From a bacterium (GTDB lineage: Bacteria; JAMCPX01): a stretch of 64,000 bases of DNA. A model generated the notes under the pieces. It did no database searches. It was not told where the DNA came from and was given only the letters and a program-made list of their open reading frames with translations. A program made the position numbers and the translations under genes. The stretch is taken from positions 1 through 64,000 of the forward strand of contig JBBIVV010000002.1 in assembly GCA_037439545.1 (NCBI GenBank), given 5' to 3'. Below are positions 48,765 to 57,898 of the stretch, one piece after another (position 1 is the stretch's first letter; every line of letters starts with the position of its first letter).

Positions 48765-50963
48765 TCAGTCGCCTTCTTCAGTCGGCCCTTTTGTTATTAT
48801 GGATTTACGCTTTATCTCCGGTGCAACAGTCAGGCCTTTGAAACATACCTTTACCAGGGGGCAGTCTTTTTCAGCAGAGGCCTTGTGAGATGATTCATGG
48901 ATTTTTTCTATGGCCATTGATACATTGCGGAACAGGTGGTCCTCGCCGATCTTTTCATACAGGTGGGTGCGCCTCATAACATCAAGGACAGCATCGTTCA
49001 ACCCGCTTATGGACACATCGTATCCGGCTTCCCGAAGCCTCGTCACAAGAAGAGAGAGCATTTCCTCGCCCGAGGCATCGAGCTCATTGATACCGTTGGC
49101 TACGATTAAAACATGCTTCAGTTCCGGCATCGAAGCTACTGCATTCAGAACCGTTTCTTCAAGATAGTTTACATTTGAAAAGAAAAGGGAACGGTTAAAC
49201 CTTATTACCGCTATGTGCCTGCACTGCTCAAGGTTAAACCGCACCGCACTCCTGTAAGTTCCGTCCGTATATTTTGAAAGCATTGCTATGTCCGGGCTCA
49301 TAGTTCTTAAAAGGAATAATATGAGCGTCAATACAACCCCTATCGTTATGCCGATATCGAGATTCGGCGCAAAGACGAGGGTACAGACAAAGGTTATAAT
49401 TGCTATGGCCCCATCATACTTTTGTGCCTGCCACGCATGGATAAAACCTTTAACATTTATTAAACTGATTACAGCCATCATGATAATGGCTGCCAAAACG
49501 GATTGCGGGAGGTAGTACAAAAGAGGGGTAAGGAATAATAAGGCAAGCATGACTACGCCGCTCGTGAATACGCTTGACATGCCTGTTACCGCACCTGCCT
49601 GCAGGTTTACCGCAGAACGGGAGAAGGAACCTGATACTGCATAGCTCTGATTGAAAGCTCCGGCGATATTTGCAAGTCCTTGCCCGATTAATTCCTGATC
49701 AGGGTTGAGCTGCTGTCCAGTTTTTGCAGCCATGGCTTTGGCAATGGATATTGCTTCCATAAAACCAAGCAGTGAAATAATGGCTGCAATCGGGAAAAGG
49801 GTCAGTACGATACCGAAATTGAAGGAAGGCAATTTAAATGCAGGCAGCCCGGCTGGTATACTGCCGACCACCGTACCCCGCCCCAGGAACAAGAGGGCAG
49901 ACTCGTCTATACGTCCCTCACCGATCTTTAATCTGCATTTGACGGCAGTGTCTTTTAATCCGGCCGGCAAAGTATCTCTCGTATAAATAATTATTGTCCC
50001 GTCTTCTTGCATTACCACTTCAAATTTTATTTTACGGAGTTCAGACCTGGATACCTTTAATTGTTTTTTTAGTTCATCTATTTTAAGGTTGAGAAGTGTC
50101 AGCTGATACTGGAGTTCCGTTGCCCTGGATGAGCGCTGTCCGTAGTGCTGTTCAGACTTTGTTATGGCATCGTTCAAGGGTATCCTTGATCTGGAGCTTT
50201 CTTCGATCTGATCAAACGTAGTATTGAAATTGCCGATAAGCGCCTTTACTTCCGGCGAGGCAACCTGATTGATCCGGCATTTATAATTATGTTCAAACCC
50301 CATTGCCCATGAAATCAGCGTGGTAATCACAACTGCCACAAGCACATTCGGGATCCTTGGATTTATCCTTCTGAGGATTATCATAATTACAAAAGCAAAC
50401 AGGGCAAACCCAAAGGTCAGCCAGTGTGTGGAGAACGGTATGGCCTTGAGAATGTTATAAACGGTTTCATACTGGTGCCGCCCGCTTTCCGCATCTATGC
50501 CGAATATGCTTCCAAGCTGGGAGGTGGCAATGATAATCGCTGCAGCATTTGTAAACCCGTTTACCACAGGGTGGGACAGGAAATTAACGACGAGTCCGAG
50601 TTTCAGTACGCCGAGGAGCAACTGAAAGATACCCACCAGCAGCGCGATAAGGATTGCATAGGCTATGAATGCCTGGCTGCCTGCAGTTGCCAGAGGTTCG
50701 AGTGCAGCCGCGGTCATAAGCGACACTACTGCCACAGGTCCTGTTGCAAGCTGACCGCTCGAGCCGAACAGAGCGGCAAGCATGGGCGGCAGGAAAGCCG
50801 CATATAAGCCGTAATAGACCGGCAGTCCGGCAAGTTTTGCATACGCCATTGATTGGGGTATTAAAACCAATGCCACTGTAATGCCTGACATCAGATCGGC
50901 ACGCAGGGTGGAAACATTGTAATGCTTAAACCATTTGAGAAAAGGGAATAATTTTAATAACAT
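48765..50963 (-). CDS. SulP (SLC26) anion transporter with STAS domain and a large soluble insertion
   Basis: DLMSGITVALVLIPQSMAYA, TGPVAV, DQELIGQGLAN, GSFSRSAVN, STAS INELDASG. Confidence 0.93.
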   Translation of the reverse strand: MLLKLFPFLKWFKHYNVSTLRADLMSGITVALVLIPQSMAYAKLAGLPVYYGLYAAFLPPMLAALFGSSGQLATGPVAVVSLMTAAALEPLATAGSQAFIAYAILIALLVGIFQLLLGVLKLGLVVNFLSHPVVNGFTNAAAIIIATSQLGSIFGIDAESGRHQYETVYNILKAIPFSTHWLTFGFALFAFVIMIILRRINPRIPNVLVAVVITTLISWAMGFEHNYKCRINQVASPEVKALIGNFNTTFDQIEESSRSRIPLNDAITKSEQHYGQRSSRATELQYQLTLLNLKIDELKKQLKVSRSELRKIKFEVVMQEDGTIIIYTRDTLPAGLKDTAVKCRLKIGEGRIDESALLFLGRGTVVGSIPAGLPAFKLPSFNFGIVLTLFPIAAIISLLGFMEAISIAKAMAAKTGQQLNPDQELIGQGLANIAGAFNQSYAVSGSFSRSAVNLQAGAVTGMSSVFTSGVVMLALLFLTPLLYYLPQSVLAAIIMMAVISLINVKGFIHAWQAQKYDGAIAIITFVCTLVFAPNLDIGITIGVVLTLILFLLRTMSPDIAMLSKYTDGTYRSAVRFNLEQCRHIAVIRFNRSLFFSNVNYLEETVLNAVASMPELKHVLIVANGINELDASGEEMLSLLVTRLREAGYDVSISGLNDAVLDVMRRTHLYEKIGEDHLFRNVSMAIEKIHESSHKASAEKDCPLVKVCFKGLTVAPEIKRKSIITKGPTEEGD

Positions 50964-51056
50964 AATAAATCAGTCCTTTCTTTATCCCGTCAGAAGTTTG
51001 TAAGACTGCTTTCAGAGAAGCTCCGCTTTAAATGCAGGAACTTCTTACGGGGTTTA

Positions 51057-51584
51057 CTAATCCAGCAACAATTTCGATACTTCGTGGAATACATCTTCGC
51101 TCCGGAGCGCCCCGACAACCCGGTTATCTTTCAAAACAGGGACTACGCTAATGTTGTTGTCCACCATTTCGTAGATTACCTTGATGAGGTGATCGTCGTA
51201 ATTGACCGTGGACTTGATTATACGCATTATGTCGCTGATAGGTCTTTTGGTGCGCTCAAGGATATTCTCCTTTAGCCTGCTTATGTAGGAATCCTGCGAT
51301 TCCTTCGGCTTTTTTGAATCAAAGAATTGTTTCCGTTCTTCTATAACAAGGCTGGCAAGGAAATCAGGTTCTAACCCCCTGAGGATATCACGGCGCCTTA
51401 CGGTCCCGAGCAATTGATATTTTTCATCAAAAACAAGCAATACCCTGCACGGGCACTTATTGCCGTCTATCTCAAACTCGGCCTTTTCCATCTCTGCCAT
51501 CGCCTGATGCAGAGTAAACCAATAGGGAATGTGTGGATACTTATCGAGGGAGATCATGATATCTCCGGCTTTTTTAAATTCCAT
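51057..51584 (-). CDS. CBS-domain protein
   Basis: AGDIM, VFDE..QLLG.V...DIL, ISDIM, VPVL....VVG.L...DVF. Confidence 0.85.
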   Translation of the reverse strand: MEFKKAGDIMISLDKYPHIPYWFTLHQAMAEMEKAEFEIDGNKCPCRVLLVFDEKYQLLGTVRRRDILRGLEPDFLASLVIEERKQFFDSKKPKESQDSYISRLKENILERTKRPISDIMRIIKSTVNYDDHLIKVIYEMVDNNISVVPVLKDNRVVGALRSEDVFHEVSKLLLD

Positions 51585-51602
51585 ATTCTCCTCCTTTATA
51601 GA

Positions 51603-52163
51603 TCATGTGGCTTTTTCAGCCATGATACGTACAATGACGTCCTGCGGGATGCCAGACTTCTCCGACATAGTCCTCACATCGCCTTTATGCCTTTCCGAAA
51701 GTTTCAGTATGTATTTTTTCTCAAAAACAGAAGCAGCGCTCCTGTAGGGCTCCAACACAAACATATCTGACATATCCCTCAGATCATGCTTCATAATTTG
51801 CCATTTTATGGCCCTGTCTATAGTGAAAATGATCTGCTCTTTCTTGAATGGCTTTGTAATGTAATCAAACACCCCGAGGGACAATGCCTCTGTCGCTGTT
51901 TCAAGCGAACCAAACGCGGTAATAATGATTACCTCTTCTTCGCGGCTCTTTTGCCTGATCATTCGCAGGATATCCAATCCGTCCATACCGGGCATCTTAA
52001 GGTCGGCTATTATAAGGTCAAACATATTTTTATCGAGGATGTCCGGGATCTCGAGAGAATTACTCGTCGTCATGATCCTGTAGGTCGTTTTCTCCGTAAT
52101 GATCCGCTCAAGGAGCGTCAGCATGTGCGGTTCGTCATCAACAGCAAGTATATTGTATTTCAT
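51603..52163 (-). CDS. Response regulator (NtrC-type receiver + degenerate Fis-like tail, no AAA+ domain)
   Basis: AVDDE, DLKMPGMDG, ITAFG, FDYITKPF; tail FEKKYI..L.ERH.GDV...SEKSGI. Confidence 0.85.
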   Translation of the reverse strand: MKYNILAVDDEPHMLTLLERIITEKTTYRIMTTSNSLEIPDILDKNMFDLIIADLKMPGMDGLDILRMIRQKSREEEVIIITAFGSLETATEALSLGVFDYITKPFKKEQIIFTIDRAIKWQIMKHDLRDMSDMFVLEPYRSAASVFEKKYILKLSERHKGDVRTMSEKSGIPQDVIVRIMAEKAT

Positions 52164-54334
52164 GGGACGTCCTTTTGCGGCTTCTCTCCCGTGTATGCGG
52201 GCATTGAAACAGTAAAGGTTGTCCCGCTCTGCTGATCCGGATGATCTTCTGAAGATACGCTTGTAAAACTCATCTTTCCTCCATATTTCTTAACTATGCC
52301 GTAACATAACGATAATCCGAGCCCTGTACCTTCACCAACCTTTTTTGTGGTAAAGAATGGATCAAAAACCCTTGGTTTGATTTTATCGGGAATACCTCCA
52401 CCCGTATCCGATACAGTAAGATGTACTGTAGTGTCTTCTGTTCCTGCAGACAGGGTAAGCGTACCGCCTGCATCTCCCATGGCAGCGACCGAATTGTTTA
52501 TGAGATTGAAGATCACCTGCTGAAACTCCCTGCTGTCGCCGCGCACTTTCGGTAATTTTTCAGGTAGAGCCAGGACTATGTTAATTTTCTTCGTCATGAG
52601 AGTGTTTTTAACGATAGTTGCAACCGTGTTCACGCAGTAATTTATATCTACCGTATCCTCCAGCCCTTCTGTGATCCTTGCAAAACCAAGCAGATCTTCT
52701 ACAATCTTTTTTGCATGGTTTGCATGCTGCTCTATGACCTTTAGATCTTCATGTTCCTGTGAACCGTCTTTAAACTTTTCTTTCAGCAAATCCGTAAATC
52801 CCAGTATGATCGATAAAGGATTATTAATCTCGTGAGCAACACCTGCGGCAAGAGTACCGATGGAAGCCAGCTTTTCCGTGTTGTATATACGGTGCTCAAG
52901 TTCCATTTTGTCCGAGACATCCTTCATAATAGCCGTACTGCCGATTATCCTGCCGTCTTTTAAACGGACCAGTGTCCGTGAGATGTCAACGGAAATACGT
53001 TTGCCGTTTTTTGTAATGCGCGGGGCAATATAATCCTTAATATAACCCCTTGTGATAACCTCTTTTTCAATGCTCCTGAGCTCCTTATCGGCATCGAGCT
53101 CAGGCGGGATCAACTTGTGAAAACTCTGTCCTATCATTTCTTCTGCACTGTATTCAAAGATCAATTCTGCACCCCTGTTCCATGTCTGTATGTTATTCTC
53201 ATTATCTATAAAGATGATTGCATCTACCGAACTCTGCAAAATGTTGGACAGATACCGTTCCTTTTCACTGACCTGTTCTTTTAATGTCCGGGAGATCCTC
53301 TGCTGATAGGTGATTACCAAAAAACCGAACAAAAACATGCCTGCTATCAATGCCGCCTCTGCGGCAAAATGCCTTACATAAACCGAATGCACGGCTTTTG
53401 CGACTTCACTTATGGGAGCAACAACAGCAACAGACCACATATTCCCGGCAGGGAGCAGCGGACTCCTGACAGGCGTAAATGCAATTAATTTTGTAATAGT
53501 CCCCTCTACCCCTTGATGCCATCCGCTTATGTATATGCCTGTGCCTTCCTCACCATGAAGCATCCGGTCTTTCATAATTTGATTGATCTGTGCAAAGGCT
53601 ATATAGGGCTTCCGTTCTTTTCTCGCAGCGAATGCGTTTTTTCCTATAAAATCTTTTTCCGGGTGATAGAGGAACATGCCTTTTGCATTAATGACCCACG
53701 CATAACCGGTTTTACCGGAATGTATGTTGTGGGTTACACTGCTTACAAGCCTGGTAATATCAAGTTTGGCGAATATTACTTTTGCATACGTGTGCCTGTC
53801 ATTTATCCGCGTGCTGTAAGTAGCTGTGATCACAGGATTATTGGATGAAGAGTCTTCTTCATCCAGTTCCCCGAGCACCATGTTCGCGGATTGTTTCAAG
53901 GGGATGCTATTCCGTTTCTTCTTTACTATTTCATCCGAGGTTCCATAGTTGGCAACCCCGATGGTTCTGCCGCTTCTATCGATGATGCCGATCTCAATAA
54001 GCCCCTTTGACTGGTTCTGTTGAAAAACAACCTTTATTGCATCCTCTATTGCAGTATCGGAATTACCTGCAATCAACTGCTTCAGACTGTCCACACCATT
54101 CCCGATATCATTAAGATTATTCTGAATCTGGGATGCAGCCTGGCGCGCAAGTATAAGCTGCTGCTGGTTAAAATCGTCGTTGATCTGGTTTCTCATTATG
54201 GTTGCATTCTGATAAACCAGAGAGAAAGCAGTGCCGATGACCAGCAGAAACAGTACGAAACTCAACACTGCAAGATAACGGAAATTAAGAAATGCATTGA
54301 TAATACTTTTCATGCGGACAGAGAGCCTGCTCAT
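52160..54334 (-). CDS. Membrane sensor histidine kinase (dCache + PAS)
   Basis: [16 protein letters not shown] Cache motif, [37 protein letters not shown]. Confidence 0.92.
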   Translation of the reverse strand: MSRLSVRMKSIINAFLNFRYLAVLSFVLFLLVIGTAFSLVYQNATIMRNQINDDFNQQQLILARQAASQIQNNLNDIGNGVDSLKQLIAGNSDTAIEDAIKVVFQQNQSKGLIEIGIIDRSGRTIGVANYGTSDEIVKKKRNSIPLKQSANMVLGELDEEDSSSNNPVITATYSTRINDRHTYAKVIFAKLDITRLVSSVTHNIHSGKTGYAWVINAKGMFLYHPEKDFIGKNAFAARKERKPYIAFAQINQIMKDRMLHGEEGTGIYISGWHQGVEGTITKLIAFTPVRSPLLPAGNMWSVAVVAPISEVAKAVHSVYVRHFAAEAALIAGMFLFGFLVITYQQRISRTLKEQVSEKERYLSNILQSSVDAIIFIDNENNIQTWNRGAELIFEYSAEEMIGQSFHKLIPPELDADKELRSIEKEVITRGYIKDYIAPRITKNGKRISVDISRTLVRLKDGRIIGSTAIMKDVSDKMELEHRIYNTEKLASIGTLAAGVAHEINNPLSIILGFTDLLKEKFKDGSQEHEDLKVIEQHANHAKKIVEDLLGFARITEGLEDTVDINYCVNTVATIVKNTLMTKKINIVLALPEKLPKVRGDSREFQQVIFNLINNSVAAMGDAGGTLTLSAGTEDTTVHLTVSDTGGGIPDKIKPRVFDPFFTTKKVGEGTGLGLSLCYGIVKKYGGKMSFTSVSSEDHPDQQSGTTFTVSMPAYTGEKPQKDVP

Positions 54335-56877
54335 GGAGCGTCACCTTTGCCTTTATCGAGGCCGAGCCTTTTCATGAAATCGTTCCTGTACCAGTGTGCG
54401 ATTGAATCACTCGAAAGTGCCATGTCAAGCTGTTTAAACATCATCGATATCCTGCCGATAAGATGCAGCTTTTCCATGGTTATGCCGCGGTCCTCATAAT
54501 AAATTACGGAATCAAGGAAATCGGCTTCACTGAAGCTGGTAAACCCGAAAGTCGAAAGAAGCTCTGCAAGCAGTTTGACCCTTCTGGTCCTTCTGTCGAG
54601 TGCTGCGCCGCCATCCTTATACTGGAGTCTTATATAATTTTTATTTGCATCGTTCGTGCACAGAGATTCCACGGTGCTGAAATGATACCCCATGTGAAGA
54701 CCCATGAGCATATATTCTTTACTCAGGATTGCAAAGCTTTTCTCCAAAAAATCATTCCGCTGAGTGCGCATCATCTGCGTTGACATCACCGAAATCAAGC
54801 CGCTTAAATCTACCTTCGGTGTGGCCGGCCATCCTTCTTTTTTTATACCGCTCCAGAATGCGGCCATAGGCACGGAATCGATATCACTGTCATTGATCCA
54901 TTTTTTCTTGGTGCAATCGCCCATGTCACGATCGATGTAGACCATGTTTATTGAAAGAGGAATATCGCTTTTCAGCATAAGACCGATATTTTCTTTGCAC
55001 CCGACGGATGATGATACTTTAAACATCTCCTCCATTGCTTTCTGATGGACAAAACGGGTAATATCGTGAAAGGTGCGGCAATTCTCAGCCTTGAAATCCG
55101 AACCTGTGGAATCGATAAGATTTAACGGTGAAACCCTGGTTAAAATCCTTTTTAAAAGTTCAAAGATTGCTGCCTGATCTATTGACTCATAGTCCGGCTG
55201 CCTCGCTTTAATGAGCTGCTCGTGTATGCCTGCGTAGATGATGCCGCTGGTTGCGTCCACGGTCACTGCTTTCCCGGCAGGGACATCCCCTGCACCTTGA
55301 ACTCCAGACAGTGTCGGTATGCGGAATTCCCGTGCAATTGTTGCCATGTGACTTGCAGTCCCTCCCTGCTCGGTTATGATTGCATGCACTTTATTCATGA
55401 CCATTATAATCCCCGGGAATGGTGAATGGGCAATCAATACAGCACCGTCAGGGACTGAAGCAAGGTCATGCGGTGCGTTTGCATGATACACTGCTCCTCC
55501 TCCTGCACCGGGGCATACCGTAGTGCCGCCAGCCAGTACTACCTCGAGCAGGGAAGTGTCCGGGAGATCGACGTCTATTGTTTTTATAATCCGCAGTGGC
55601 CGTGTTTGCAGGATAAATAATTTATTGTTTTGATCGATCGCCCATTCAATGTCCTGCGGGCATCCGTAATGTCTCTCGATTTTTAATCCGGCATCAAAAA
55701 GCTGCTTCATGAATATTTCATCAATGCTCGGCGAGCCCTGTTTTGATTCAGGAATAGGCTCTTGCCGCGTGCCTTTCGGATCAACCATGGTCAATTTTAT
55801 GGGTTTTAGAGCTATTCGCGTCTCTTTTATTGAGCCGTCCTTTTTAGAGATCTTGAAAATATCCGGTGTTAATGTGCCGTCAACGAGATACTTGCCGAGT
55901 CCATAGATTGAATTGATCAGCATGCAATTTTCTTCCGGGTGAACAGGGTTGCACGTATAGATCACACCGCTTATTGCGGAGTTTACCATTTCCATGCACC
56001 CGACGCCCATTGCAAGTTCGGTTTCCGAGAGAGAATGACTTAAAAAATAATAAATGGCTTTTGGGGTAAACTTGCTTGCAACCACCTCTTTATATTTATC
56101 GATAAGCTCATTCTCTTTTATGTTTAGGAATGTCGCATACTGCCCTGCAAAGCTGAAAAGGGTGTCTTCACCGAGGGCACTTGAGCGCATGGCAAAACCC
56201 TTTGCCTGAGAATGAGTTATTAATTCTTTGTACCCGTCGATTATTGCCGAAGAGAGGTCTTCAGGAACAGGGCTTGACTTAACCAGGGATTGAATTTCCT
56301 TGCTTATTTCAACGAGGTCATCATAGTTTTTTATATTGATCCGGTGGATGCTGTTATTGATTCGTTCCTGCAGTTTGTTGGTATCGATAAAGTGTTTATA
56401 AGCCCATGCCGTTATGGCAAAGCCCTGCGGAACAGTTAACCCGAGTTTTGATTTTATTTCACCGAGTTGTGCGATCTTGCTTCCGGTAGTGTTTGCCTTT
56501 TCTTTGCCCAGTTTCTCTATGGGGATGGTGAAATCATCTTTTACAATAAGCCTATTCCCGGAAACCATACCGTCAATGCCGGTATTTATAGAGGTGAATT
56601 GTGCCTTTAAGGGAAGGTAGCTTTCTCCGCCAATAAGGATCAATTTATCTATTAATTCATTTACCGATGTCCTTATGGCGTTTAAACTCGTATGTATATA
56701 ATTGATATCGAAAAGATACTCGCCCTGTGATTTTTCCTCCATGTCCCCTATGATTTTCAGTATGTGGTTGTTCTTATCGAGGATATCGAGAAACAAAGAA
56801 AATTTTTCTTGAAGGTCACCAAGGAAATTTCCCGGGCTACCATGGTCCTTTTGAAAAATACTGCTGAACCAGTTCAT
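54331..56877 (-). CDS. PEP-synthase-like protein #4; start uncertain (56877/56889/56940)
   Basis: VPQGFAIT, MRSSALGED..SFAGQY, QDIEWAID...LQTRP, ASHMATIARE, DITRFVHQ, HMGYHFST. Confidence 0.87.
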   Translation of the reverse strand: MNWFSSIFQKDHGSPGNFLGDLQEKFSLFLDILDKNNHILKIIGDMEEKSQGEYLFDINYIHTSLNAIRTSVNELIDKLILIGGESYLPLKAQFTSINTGIDGMVSGNRLIVKDDFTIPIEKLGKEKANTTGSKIAQLGEIKSKLGLTVPQGFAITAWAYKHFIDTNKLQERINNSIHRINIKNYDDLVEISKEIQSLVKSSPVPEDLSSAIIDGYKELITHSQAKGFAMRSSALGEDTLFSFAGQYATFLNIKENELIDKYKEVVASKFTPKAIYYFLSHSLSETELAMGVGCMEMVNSAISGVIYTCNPVHPEENCMLINSIYGLGKYLVDGTLTPDIFKISKKDGSIKETRIALKPIKLTMVDPKGTRQEPIPESKQGSPSIDEIFMKQLFDAGLKIERHYGCPQDIEWAIDQNNKLFILQTRPLRIIKTIDVDLPDTSLLEVVLAGGTTVCPGAGGGAVYHANAPHDLASVPDGAVLIAHSPFPGIIMVMNKVHAIITEQGGTASHMATIAREFRIPTLSGVQGAGDVPAGKAVTVDATSGIIYAGIHEQLIKARQPDYESIDQAAIFELLKRILTRVSPLNLIDSTGSDFKAENCRTFHDITRFVHQKAMEEMFKVSSSVGCKENIGLMLKSDIPLSINMVYIDRDMGDCTKKKWINDSDIDSVPMAAFWSGIKKEGWPATPKVDLSGLISVMSTQMMRTQRNDFLEKSFAILSKEYMLMGLHMGYHFSTVESLCTNDANKNYIRLQYKDGGAALDRRTRRVKLLAELLSTFGFTSFSEADFLDSVIYYEDRGITMEKLHLIGRISMMFKQLDMALSSDSIAHWYRNDFMKRLGLDKGKGDAP

Positions 56878-56979
56878 ATAGGCACTCATATAAAGAAAGA
56901 GATACAATTCATCCAAACAATCTCCTTTCTTTCCATACACCCTTAATGTCCGGTTACAGCGTAAAGCAAAGGGCGTGTA

Positions 56980-57012
56980 ATGTCAAGATATTTTGTATAC
57001 AATATACTTTAT
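56980..57012. repeat. 33-bp direct repeat copy 2 (minus-strand -35 box + operator)
   Basis: ATGTCAAGATATTTTGTATACAATATACTTTAT. Confidence 0.85.
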
Positions 57013-57114
57013 TCAAGTTACGCATCGTAAAGTTGTGCAAGACATGGCAGCAGCAATCGTATAAACAGCCGGCGTTGCATTGTCATTTACCATGAGAGAT
57101 GCTAAAGGTTACGC

Positions 57115-57825
57115 ATGGGATTAGCCGGTATATTTTTAAGTTCTTTTGTAATAGCTTTCTCCGGTGCAGTGATGCCCGGCCCCATGCTTACGGCTACGAT
57201 GCTTATGAGCAGCAAAAGAGGGTTCTTATCAGGGCCTCTCATCGTGATGGGGCACGGTACACTTGAAGCACTGCTGGTGATAATGCTCTACTTCGGGTTC
57301 GGGGAGCTGCTCAAAAATCATGCAGTCATGGGAAGCATAGGTGTTATCGGAGGCATAACGCTGCTGTGGATGGCTTATGAATCGCTCAAATTTGTACCGT
57401 TGGGAAAAAACACTGGTCCCAATCCGGCCGGCAATAGAGTGCCAGGGTCACCACAAAACATCCAAGAAGGAAGTTTTCTGCCGGGTTTTACCGCCAGTGG
57501 CACATTGTTCAATGATTCTGCCTACCTTGCAGGTATCCTTACATCCCTGTCAAACCCGTACTGGATAATCTGGTGGGTCTCTATAGGGCTCAGCTACATA
57601 GTTTTTTCTTTCAAATACGGTATTATAGGTATTGTGGTGTTTTATGCAGGGCACATACTCGCTGATCTTGTATGGTACAGCGCAGTCGCACTATTCTTCG
57701 GCTCTATGAAAAGGTTTATTACATCAAAAGGCTTCAGGGCAATTACCGTTATCAGCGGAATCATATTTGTGGGATTCTCTGCCTATTTTATATGGTTCGG
57801 CATAAATAATTTTATAAGATCATAG
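57115..57825 (+). CDS. LysE-family translocator
   Basis: SGAVMPGPM, GHG.LE, SLSNPYWIIWW, GHILADLVWY. Confidence 0.88.
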   Translation: MGLAGIFLSSFVIAFSGAVMPGPMLTATMLMSSKRGFLSGPLIVMGHGTLEALLVIMLYFGFGELLKNHAVMGSIGVIGGITLLWMAYESLKFVPLGKNTGPNPAGNRVPGSPQNIQEGSFLPGFTASGTLFNDSAYLAGILTSLSNPYWIIWWVSIGLSYIVFSFKYGIIGIVVFYAGHILADLVWYSAVALFFGSMKRFITSKGFRAITVISGIIFVGFSAYFIWFGINNFIRS

Positions 57826-57898
57826 CTGCAATGCTTTGGTTGACAAATTACGGTTCGTCGCATAAAAAAGAAGAACCTTATTCCAAAGGAGGAATCTT

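Noticed and set aside
24795..56877. Calling the four paralogs ppsA/ppdK
   Set aside because: No pyruvate-binding barrel motifs (e.g. NPMLGxRG, SIGxNDL, ICGQ/E); the C-terminal domain is different
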